NCBI GenBank assembly: GCA_963700285.1
Contig: CAVOXA010000022.1
Coordinates: 123,665 to 147,664, forward strand
DNA: 24,000 bases
Direction: 5' to 3'
Origin: an uncultured Chloroflexia bacterium
GTDB taxonomy: Bacteria > Chloroflexota > Anaerolineae > JAAYZQ01
Under the pieces are notes generated by a model. That model was not told the DNA's origin. It saw only the letters and a program-made list of their open reading frames with translations, and ran no database searches. How positions within the stretch are numbered: the stretch's first letter is position 1; the number at the start of each line of letters is the position of its first letter. Below, piece by piece: positions 17,306-24,000 of this stretch. A program made the translations under genes and the position numbers.

Positions 17306-17352
17306 TTTGGTACCGCCGGCAGCCGACGGCCGCCGGCGGCACCTGTACCAAA
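17306..17352 (+). terminator. Hairpin with TTTGGTAC/GTACCAAA arms after the capsid gene
   Basis: Outer 8-bp arms 17306-17313/17345-17352 plus inner CGCCGGC/GCCGGCG. The same arm sequence is used at 19231-19280. Confidence 0.5.
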
Positions 17353-17402
17353 TTCGTAAAATTCGTGTAACCTGTCCTGAGCGCAGCGACAGGATTCGTG
17401 GC
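17351..17402 (+). repeat. AATTCGTNN array B with embedded hairpin
   Basis: AATTCGTAA AATTCGTGT aa [CCTGTCCTGAGCGCAGCGACAGG] ATTCGTGG caaatagaaaggaccaaacc-ATG(17422). Confidence 0.85.
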
Positions 17403-17421
17403 AAATAGAAAGGACCAAACC

Positions 17422-17798
17422 ATGCAACGCAAATTCACCCACAGCTTTCCACGTGCCCGGCACCCTGTCGGCCAACCTCAACATTCGCTTTACCGTCCCG
17501 TCAGACTGCACCCTGGTGCACGTCTCCGCCGTCGCTTCCAACGACTCAGACGCGACCATCACCCTGGGCACCTCCGCCGACACCGACGGCTTTCTGGCAG
17601 CCTGCGTCATCGGCGACAGCGCGACGCCCGTCGAAAAGGGCATCGCCGACTTTGACGGCGCCCTGCTCGTCCGACGCCGGCAGCGAACCGCCGCGCCTCG
17701 CAGACGGTGACATCTTTGTCGTGGTCCTCGACTATGACGGCGCCGGCGGAACCGCGGCCGACGACTTTACCCTGGTCCTCACTTTCCAGGAAGGCTAA
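17422..17798 (+). CDS. Small virion protein (head-decoration-like?), two apparent +1 frameshifts
   Basis: MQRKFTHSF / VPGTLSANLNIRFTVPSDCTLVHVSAVASNDSDATITLGTSADTDGFLAACVIGD...FDGALLV / DAGSEPPRLADGDIFVVVLDYDGAGGTAADDFTLVLTFQEG. Shifts near 17445-17453 and 17668-17673. Stop 17796-17798. Confidence 0.5.
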
Positions 17799-17930
17799 CC
17801 CAATGCAGCACCTGGCCCAGGTGGGACCAACCCAAAAGACAAAAAATCAAATACCGTTCGGCGAGACACCAAGGGATCCACACCAGCACACCAACCACCT
17901 GGGCCAGTTTTGTCGAAAGAAAGGATCATC

Positions 17931-18035
17931 ATGGACATAGACGACAAAGGCAACCTGCCAACCATGCTACTGGTCGCGCTAGTGGTCATCCTGGTCATCC
18001 TTCTGTACCAAATCGCCGCCAACGGCGCCATGTAA
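17931..18035 (+). CDS. 34-aa single-TM peptide
   Basis: GAAAGAAAGGA SD then ATG 17931. MDIDDKGNLPTMLLVALVVILVILLYQIAANGAM. Its stop is followed by AGGAG and ATG 18049. Below the ORF-track size cutoff. Confidence 0.4.
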   Translation: MDIDDKGNLPTMLLVALVVILVILLYQIAANGAM

Positions 18036-18048
18036 GGAGTAATCGCAC

Positions 18049-18708
18049 ATGCAAACCAAACCAAACAACGCCCTGCGTATTCTCGTAATCACAGCCGGCC
18101 TGGTTCTCCTCCTGGCCCTGGCCAGCGCGGCTATCGCCTACGCCACCGACGGAGATACCACACTCACAAACCTGGTCCTCACCGGAGACGTGACCGTTGC
18201 TGACGATGCGGTCATAGCCGACGATCTCACCGTAGCCGGAGATGCCACCATTGCCGGCGCCATCACCGGCCCCTCCATCGGAACAGAAAACCTCCGCCTC
18301 CCCACCATCGAAAGCGCAACCATCATAACCTCCACCAACGGCGCGCTTTGGACCGTAGGAGCGACCGAAGTCTGGTACATTGACCGCGTGTTCTGCAACG
18401 TCACAACGAACTTTGACTGCACAGGTGACGACTGCACGATCGAGATAGGCTTGACAGGCGGAGACATCGACGGCTTTCTGGACCTCGATGACGCAGAACT
18501 CCAGACCACCGACGCCGAGATTGCAGGACTAACCGCAAGCTGGCAAGGATTCGGATCAACCGACACCCGCGGCGCATTTTTCGCGGCTGGTGGCGGAGTG
18601 ATCCTAAAGAACGACACCATCGACATCAAGATTGAAGACACGTCAGCCACCACCAACCCGACCGCCGGCGCCGCAACCTGTTACATCGTCTACACGCGCC
18701 TGCAGTAA
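18049..18708 (+). CDS. N-terminally membrane-anchored protein with short beta-helix-like repeats
   Basis: TM/signal anchor ALRILVITAGLVLLLALASAAIAYA. Repeats LTGDVTVADDAVIADDLTVAGDATIAGAITG. The C-terminal domain resembles the 17422 product (CTIEIGLTGGDIDGFL vs ATITLGTSADTDGFL). Confidence 0.6.
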   Translation: MQTKPNNALRILVITAGLVLLLALASAAIAYATDGDTTLTNLVLTGDVTVADDAVIADDLTVAGDATIAGAITGPSIGTENLRLPTIESATIITSTNGALWTVGATEVWYIDRVFCNVTTNFDCTGDDCTIEIGLTGGDIDGFLDLDDAELQTTDAEIAGLTASWQGFGSTDTRGAFFAAGGGVILKNDTIDIKIEDTSATTNPTAGAATCYIVYTRLQ

Positions 18709-18790
18709 TCGCCCGTTAACGGAGGCCCGTTGCGAGCCCGGCGAAGCAAACACCGGCAGCCTGCGTTAACGGGGTACTCCTCCCTGCTCA

Positions 18791-18826
18791 GGGGATACCC
18801 ACCGTCCCGGCTCGGTGGGTATCCCC
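18791..18826 (+). terminator. Perfect 14-bp GC-rich hairpin
   Basis: GGGGATACCCACCG-tcccggct-CGGTGGGTATCCCC. Also an outer 10-bp inverted repeat CCCGTTAACG/CGTTAACGGG (18712-18721/18764-18773). Confidence 0.5.
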
Positions 18827-18836
18827 AATCAACAGA

Positions 18837-18881
18837 CATTCGTCCAATTCATGTAATTCGAGTAATTCGTGAAATTCGTGG
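18837..18881 (+). repeat. AATTCGTNN array C (5 units, no hairpin)
   Basis: cATTCGTcc AATTCATgt AATTCGAgt AATTCGTga AATTCGTgg caaaaaggagcaacccaa-ATG(18900). Confidence 0.85.
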
Positions 18882-18899
18882 CAAAAAGGAGCAACCCAA

Positions 18900-19223
18900 A
18901 TGCCCACCCACTTTGCAGACATCCTAACCACCGCCGGACTGGTCTCTCTGACAGTTCTCATCGTGGCCCTACTCAAGGCCATACCCGCCAGCGAAACCAA
19001 CCCGCTGGCACCCGTCCTGGCATGGATCAAGGTCAACCAGTTCTTGACGTCAATCATCATCGCCGGCATCCTGGCCGCCATCGCCTACGCCGTCCAGGTC
19101 CTGGGCTATATGCCCCTTGCCGAAGACTACTGGCAAGGGTGGCTCTTCCTATGGGCAGCGGCTCAAGCCCTGTACAACGGTCAAAAAGGCTTGTCCCACA
19201 TCCTAAAGAGCAAACCCAACTAG
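18900..19223 (+). CDS. Three-TM small membrane protein (holin-like)
   Basis: 107 aa with three hydrophobic helices and a basic C-terminal tail (QKGLSHILKSKPN). AAAAAGGAG SD. Confidence 0.45.
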   Translation: MPTHFADILTTAGLVSLTVLIVALLKAIPASETNPLAPVLAWIKVNQFLTSIIIAGILAAIAYAVQVLGYMPLAEDYWQGWLFLWAAAQALYNGQKGLSHILKSKPN

Positions 19224-19230
19224 CGCGCCC

Positions 19231-19280
19231 AGTTTGGTACGCCAGCCATACGAGATCTCGCCTACAGCCCGTACCAAACT
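19231..19280 (+). terminator. Hairpin with AGTTTGGTACG/CGTACCAAACT arms
   Basis: 11-bp perfect arms, 28-nt loop. Directly after the stop at 19221-19223 and before array D. Confidence 0.45.
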
Positions 19281-19288
19281 TGGTTTTC

Positions 19289-19340
19289 CATTCGTGCAAT
19301 TCGTGCAACCTGTCCTGAGCGCAGCGACAGGATTCCTGGC
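19289..19340 (+). repeat. AATTCGTNN array D with embedded hairpin
   Basis: cATTCGTgc AATTCGTgc aa [CCTGTCCTGAGCGCAGCGACAGG] ATTCCTGG caaaaaagaaagg...ATG(19365). Confidence 0.85.
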
Positions 19341-19364
19341 AAAAAAGAAAGGCAACAACGAGAC

Positions 19365-19562
19365 ATGAACACTACCAAAGTAACAGAACACGCCATGGCC
19401 GACCTGCGCGAGATCTTTGCCCAGCAGGGCATCAACGTGCCTATCTACCGCGTAGAACACACAGACGACGCCATACTCCTCTACCTCTACGGCCACGCCG
19501 AACCCTACCGCGTACCGAAGACCAAGCCCAAGCCGGCGCGCAAGAAAGCCGGCAGCCCGTGA
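19365..19562 (+). CDS. Hypothetical small phage protein
   Basis: 65 aa with a basic tail. Preceded by array D and a purine-rich SD. Confidence 0.5.
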   Translation: MNTTKVTEHAMADLREIFAQQGINVPIYRVEHTDDAILLYLYGHAEPYRVPKTKPKPARKKAGSP

Positions 19563-19732
19563 AATACCCACTGCGACCCATAGATCACGCGCTCTACCAA
19601 GCCATGGGGCCGCACATGGTAATGATCCCCACGACGACATACGTCGTATGCAAGGACCACGACTATGACAAAGCCGTCGCCCTCATGGAAAGCAAAGGCT
19701 ACAAACTCAAGCAGAGGAGAAACCGATCATGA
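19559..19732 (+). CDS. Hypothetical small phage protein (57 aa)
   Basis: GTG 19559 overlaps stop 19560-19562 (GTGA). Its own stop TGA 19730-19732 overlaps ATG 19729 (ATGA). VKYPLRPIDHALYQAMGPHMVMIPTTTYVVCKDHDYDKAVALMESKGYKLKQRRNRS. Below the ORF-track cutoff. Confidence 0.4.
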   Translation: MKYPLRPIDHALYQAMGPHMVMIPTTTYVVCKDHDYDKAVALMESKGYKLKQRRNRS

Positions 19733-20214
19733 TAAAAACCATCCCACTCGCACCCATCACCGAGACCGGAATAGCCGAACTTGTCGGCAAGAATGAACAG
19801 ATAGACCAATACGACTTTACCGGTTCCATTGACCTCGCCGTAGGCATTGGCGGCCTGCCCGTCTCTGGTGAATTTCTCTCCCTCATCCTCACCACCCTTG
19901 AAACCGGAAGCGGCGCCGTAATGGTCCCCGCCGGTGTGCTCCTCCTCTTTGACGCCGACCCCAACCCAACGCCCGGAGACACAGCCCTGACCGCCGCCGA
20001 ATGGAAGACGGCCATTGGTTCCGTCGCCATTGCCGCCACTGACTGGATATCTGATGCCAACGGTTCCCACGCCTTCAAAGCCATCGCCATACCGTTCCAT
20101 GACCTAACGTCGATCTATGCCGTCTGGTATCACACCGACGCCACAAGCCTAAACGACGCCGCCGGAGACGACGAAGAACTGCACTGCAATCTCTGGTATC
20201 GCCGCGACTCCTGA
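19729..20214 (+). CDS. Hypothetical virion protein
   Basis: 161 aa with a strong SD AGAGGAGA. Acidic, beta-rich composition. Confidence 0.55.
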   Translation: MIKTIPLAPITETGIAELVGKNEQIDQYDFTGSIDLAVGIGGLPVSGEFLSLILTTLETGSGAVMVPAGVLLLFDADPNPTPGDTALTAAEWKTAIGSVAIAATDWISDANGSHAFKAIAIPFHDLTSIYAVWYHTDATSLNDAAGDDEELHCNLWYRRDS

Positions 20215-20259
20215 CCAGATCCATAAACCATAGAACACCAAACAAAAAGGAGAACAACC

Positions 20260-20601
20260 ATGGCCGACCTAAGCACAATCTACACTTTTTTCAACAACGC
20301 CGACGCACACGCGGCTTTCCTCCACCGCATCCAGACCGCCCTTGTCGAAACCGCCCTTGCCGTACGTGCGGAGAACGAACCCGACCCCAAAACAGACCGT
20401 TTCGCCGCACGCCAACGATGGGCACGCGATGCCCTTCTTAATCCAATCCACGTCGCTCACCGCCTGTTGCCCGCGATCGCCGTCAAGGCCAACGACGCCG
20501 GCCGCATCGACGAACAAGGCAACGTCACCGCATCTGACAACGAGATTCGCGCTACTGTCCTAAGTCTCGTGGATACCTTCGCTGACTATGTCAGCGCATA
20601 G
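20260..20601 (+). CDS. Hypothetical phage protein
   Basis: 113 aa. SD AAAAAGGAGAA. Confidence 0.55.
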   Translation: MADLSTIYTFFNNADAHAAFLHRIQTALVETALAVRAENEPDPKTDRFAARQRWARDALLNPIHVAHRLLPAIAVKANDAGRIDEQGNVTASDNEIRATVLSLVDTFADYVSA

Positions 20602-20604
20602 CCC

Positions 20605-21330
20605 ATGATGCACCCACACCACCACAGCCGCGCCCATCGCCGGCGACTCGGGGCTAACCTCATACCCTGGACGCTAGACTTTGGCGTGTCACAACAATAC
20701 TCGGTAAACCTCGGCCACGCCGCCAGCATTGACGACCTCCACGCCGCCGACTTTACCGTTGACCTCTACTGGTACTACACTCCCGCACCCGGAGCCAACT
20801 TCTTTCACACCCTAATAGGACAAGGCGACTGGTCAACCGCCACCGGCTGGCGACTCAGCTTTTCCAACGACACGGAACGCCTATACCTTGCGGTCATCGA
20901 CGGCGCCGCAGCCGCCAAGACCACAACCAAGCCAGCAATCCCAGCCGAAAACTGGTACTATATCCGCCTACGGCGAGAAGACAACACAATCTACCTGTCC
21001 TACAACGCCGGCGCCGAAGCCACCAGCGCCACCCTGGCCGCCGGCGGCACTGCGTCAGACCTCGATCTCACCATCGGCAGCGCCAGCGGCACTCACCGGG
21101 CACTTGGTAAAGTCTGCTACGCTCACCTATGGAACAACAACCAGGGAGCCCTGGCCACCCTGCCCACCTCACCCTTCCCCATCGACGCCAACACCGTCGC
21201 CCGCTATCTCTTCAAAACCGACATCACCGGCATCGGCACAACCCTGGCCGACGACTCTGGCAACAACAACAACGGCACCATTACCGGCGCCTCCTGGAAG
21301 CGCGCCGCGCCCACACTCTGGACACCCTAA
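20605..21330 (+). CDS. LamG/concanavalin-A-like lectin domain protein
   Basis: FTVDLYWYY...TLIGQGDW...GWRLSF...LYLAV...NWYYIRLRREDNTIYLSYNAG...LTIGS...GKVCYAHLWN, followed by a second-domain start LADDSGNNNNGTITGASW. Confidence 0.55.
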   Translation: MMHPHHHSRAHRRRLGANLIPWTLDFGVSQQYSVNLGHAASIDDLHAADFTVDLYWYYTPAPGANFFHTLIGQGDWSTATGWRLSFSNDTERLYLAVIDGAAAAKTTTKPAIPAENWYYIRLRREDNTIYLSYNAGAEATSATLAAGGTASDLDLTIGSASGTHRALGKVCYAHLWNNNQGALATLPTSPFPIDANTVARYLFKTDITGIGTTLADDSGNNNNGTITGASWKRAAPTLWTP

Positions 21331-21350
21331 AAGATGGAGAACGAACCCAC

Positions 21351-21761
21351 ATGGCCTACACCTTCAAATACCGCCTGACCACCGCGCCACAGCCGCGCTC
21401 GGACGGCTCAGGATGTGTCGACCACCAGATACAAGCGATCGCTTCGCCCGACGCTACCAACTGGACACCCGTACCAGACCGGGAAAAGACGATCTCCATC
21501 CCCGCCGACGACCTGGACACCGTCCTGGCCATGCCCCACGACACCGGGCCCCAACGCGCCGCCAAAAACACAGCCTACAAGAACGTGCTCACCGACAACG
21601 CCCTGACCTTGCCCAAGGCAATCACCGGCTGGGCTACAACCGCCTTGCAAGAACTCTATGACGCCAACGACGCCGCCGTCACTGCTGCCCTCGCGGCAGA
21701 CGCCTACATAACCACAGTCCTGGGCCAGTCGTATCCCTTGGACTTTGCGCTTGAGGGTTAA
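21351..21761 (+). CDS. Hypothetical phage protein
   Basis: ATG 21351 with GGAGA SD. 136 aa (MAYTFKYRLTTAPQPRSDG...). Confidence 0.5.
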   Translation: MAYTFKYRLTTAPQPRSDGSGCVDHQIQAIASPDATNWTPVPDREKTISIPADDLDTVLAMPHDTGPQRAAKNTAYKNVLTDNALTLPKAITGWATTALQELYDANDAAVTAALAADAYITTVLGQSYPLDFALEG

Positions 21762-21764
21762 CCC

Positions 21765-22541
21765 ATGCTCTGGCTGAAACAGTCCACCGCCGTTACTATC
21801 AAACTAGGCCCCTTTGTCGACGAAACCGACGGCTACACCGCCGAGACCGGCTTGACCCTATCTCAAGCCGACGTCCGCCTGTCCAAGAATGGCGGCAACA
21901 TGGCGCAGAAAAACGAATCATCCGCTGCCACCCACGACGAGATCGGCTATTATGATTGTCCGCTCGACACCACTGACACAAACACCCTGGGCCGCCTCCT
22001 TGTCATGGTGCACGAATCAGGCGCCCGGCCAGTCCGCCTCGAATTCCTTATCGTGCCCGCCAACACCTACGACTCCCTGATCGCAGGTTCCGACCTGCTC
22101 CTGGTCGATGATGACGTCATAGCCGATCAGGTTTGGGATGAAGCCATGGCCGATCACCAGGGCGGCGGCATTACCGGCGCCTATCTAATATCCGCACAGG
22201 TCAATTCCGTCGACATCCTGGCCGACACCAACGAACTCCAGACAGACCTGACCAACGGCGGAAGACTAGACCTCATTCTCGACGCAATCCTTGCCGCCTC
22301 CGGCAGCGGATCCGGCGCCGTCACCTTCACCTACACCCTGACAAGTTCCGTGGACGCATCACCCATCCCAGACGCCCGCGTTTGGGCCACATCCGACGCC
22401 GGAGGTTCCACCGTCCTGGCCAGCGGCAGCACCGACGCCAACGGTCAAATCACATTCTACCTCGACGCCGGCACAGTCTACTTCTGGCGACAAAAAGCCG
22501 GCTGGGACTTTTCCAACCCCGACACGGAGACGGTAAGCTAA
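21765..22541 (+). CDS. Virion fibre/spike-like structural protein
   Basis: N-terminal segment TIKLGPFVDETDGYTAETGLTLSQADVRLSKNGGNMAQK...YYDCPLDTTDTNTLGRLLVMV. Central DILADTNELQTDLTNGGRLDLILDAI. C-terminal prealbumin-like segment DARVWATSDAGGSTVLASGSTDANGQITFYLDAGTVYF. Confidence 0.5.
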   Translation: MLWLKQSTAVTIKLGPFVDETDGYTAETGLTLSQADVRLSKNGGNMAQKNESSAATHDEIGYYDCPLDTTDTNTLGRLLVMVHESGARPVRLEFLIVPANTYDSLIAGSDLLLVDDDVIADQVWDEAMADHQGGGITGAYLISAQVNSVDILADTNELQTDLTNGGRLDLILDAILAASGSGSGAVTFTYTLTSSVDASPIPDARVWATSDAGGSTVLASGSTDANGQITFYLDAGTVYFWRQKAGWDFSNPDTETVS

Positions 22542-22545
22542 TGAC

Positions 22546-22600
22546 CATTCGTAAAATTCGTGTAACCTGTCCTGAGCGCAGCAACAGGATCCGGCAGAAA
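22546..22600 (+). repeat. AATTCGTNN array E with embedded (variant) hairpin
   Basis: cATTCGTaa AATTCGTgt aa [CCTGTCCTGAGCGCAGCAACAGG] ATCCGG cagaaaggcttaaccc-ATG(22611). Starts 4 nt after the previous stop. Confidence 0.8.
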
Positions 22601-22610
22601 GGCTTAACCC

Positions 22611-23911
22611 ATGGCATCAGGATCAGGCACCGGAACACCTGCAACCGCCTCAACCGCGCCAACCCTAAACACCCTGCGCGACCGTATTCGCGTACAACTC
22701 GAAAACGCCTGGGGTACACCAGACCCCCTCCCCGTCATGGTCTCAAGCGAAACCCTGACAACCCTCCGCGCCCGCCTCAAGCTACACCTGCAGGATTCGG
22801 GCAACCAGCAATACGCCAACGCCAACCTCGACGAGGCAATCGAAAAGGCCCTCGAAGAGTACAACCGATCCGACCCGCGCCTGACCGAGGCGACCCTGAC
22901 CCTGGCCGCGGACGGCCACGAGGTTGATATCTCCTCCCTCACGTCCCTGCTTCGCGTACACAAGGTCTGGCACCCCTACGACTCCGACACGCCCAGGTTA
23001 CCCGCCCAACTGGGTGCAATTCGAGGTCTGGCCCGGTAACATCCTCTACATCGACAAACGCACAGAACCACAGACAGGCGAGAAGGTACGCCTTTGGTAC
23101 ACGACCCCCTGCCTCCTGTCCGGCCTCAACGGCAGCCTCGAGCACAACCATACCCGCCGACGACATCACCTACATTATCAACGGCGCCGCCTACTACGCC
23201 GCCCGCGAGGCAGCGATCCAGGGCGTGTACACGACACGCGGCATACCCGAACCCACGTCAGCCACGGCCAGCACCGAGACCCTGACCACTCTCCGCGATC
23301 GCGTAGAGACCGCCCTGCAGGATAGCACCAATCTCCGCTGGGCGACGGCCGACATTGACGAGGCTATTGAAGCCGTCCTCGAAGAGTACAACGCCACAAA
23401 CCCGCCCCTGGCCATCCATGACCACACCGTCAGCACGGCCGGCAGGGAGCAGACCGTCAGCATCACCGGCTTAATTGAAGTCAAAGCGGTCTGGTGGCCC
23501 TACACGGCCGCCTCCCTCGAGTATCCGCCCGAGTTTGTGGACTTTGTCCAACTTCCCGGCAGCATCATCGCCGTGGACACACCCACCGCGCCCCAGGTCT
23601 CGGATCATATCCGGATCTGGCACACCGCCCACGCCACGATCTCCGGCCTCAACGCCGCCGGCAGCACAACCGTCCTGGCCACACACATCCCCTACCTGCT
23701 GGCCGGCGCCGCGTCTCTGTGCGCCAGGTCGCGAGCCGTCGAGCTTTCCGAGACGCTCAACGTTGACGAGGATGTCGTCAACCGCCTCACAACCTACGCC
23801 AACGACCAAGCCAAAGTCTACGCCCGCGCGCTACGACCTGCGGACGTGCCCGAACCACTCACCTCCACAGCCATTGACAAGCTACTCGACCTGGGCCAAC
23901 GAACAGGGTAA
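22611..23911 (+). CDS. Two tandem homologous connector/adaptor-like units fused in one reading frame (two apparent +1 frameshifts)
   Basis: Unit 1 (22611 to ~23260) and unit 2 (~23260-23911) share TLTTLRxR..LQDS.N...A.lDEAIE..LEEYN, VW.PY....YPP.(W/F)V.F...PG.I, IR.WYT/H, SGLN...STT. Shifts near 22993-22996 and 23128-23131. No stop between the units. Confidence 0.55.
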
Positions 23912-24000
23912 ATCGTTCCGCTATGGCGTCCGCAAAGACTCGCCCTCCTGGTGGAGGTACGCCTACGCTTTCGACCAGCGCGACATTGACGAATCGATCC
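23910..24000 (+). CDS. Partial ORF of unknown function (start unclear, continues beyond window)
   Basis: Frame 0 reads KSFRYGVRKDSPSWWRYAYAFDQRDIDESI, which is protein-like. It is the +1 frame relative to the preceding gene, so it is either a new gene (TTG 23874?) or a continuation after another +1 shift. Confidence 0.3.

Larger units (their letters stand above)
12978..24000 (+). mobile_element. Phage-like virion gene cluster (prophage fragment or domesticated particle locus), continues past window end
   Basis: All genes on the + strand with overlapping or coupled starts. Portal, protease/scaffold-like, HK97-type capsid, small structural proteins, LamG protein, fibre-like protein and connector-like proteins. 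Composition differs from the host part. Confidence 0.8.

Noticed and set aside
14577-22600. AATTCGT arrays as a CRISPR array
   Set aside because: The units are 9 bp, directly abutting with no spacers, and sit in five separate short blocks at gene starts. This is not CRISPR architecture.
23924-24000. ATG 23924 ORF (MASAKTRPPGGGTPTLSTSATL...)
   Set aside because: It is a low-complexity translation. The overlapping frame-0 reading (KSFRYGVRKDSPSWWRYAYAFDQ...) looks far more protein-like.

Overview
GC-rich bacterial chromosomal window. Gene content and the many short hairpin repeats look Chloroflexota-like, but that taxon call is inference only. The left ~13 kb is host DNA. It holds the end of an ABC-2 exporter operon (ATPase tail plus two permeases), two tiny glycine-zipper membrane proteins and a ~910-aa lipoprotein built from two tandem solute-binding domains. 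On the minus strand are two divergent M24 (creatinase/Xaa-Pro-peptidase-like) paralogues and a remnant of a STAND-NTPase N-terminus. These are followed by a GrdB/PrdB-family selenoprotein (in-frame UGA plus SECIS-like hairpin) directly upstream of the mercury-methylation pair hgcA-hgcB. From ~12.98 kb to the window end lies a unidirectional phage-like virion gene cluster. It starts abruptly with a sigma70-type promoter followed by a LexA (Cheo-type) box and a portal gene, with no integrase, repressor or terminase on that side. The cluster is punctuated by a repeated intergenic cassette placed just upstream of at least five genes: tandem 9-bp AATTCGTNN units, with or without a conserved 23-nt hairpin, then GGCAAA and an SD. 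At least ten apparent frame changes occur, every one a +1 shift (one extra base), and most are in the phage-like half. They could be assembly insertion errors or real decay, and the sequence alone cannot decide. All family assignments are by-eye motif recognition; no database search was run.
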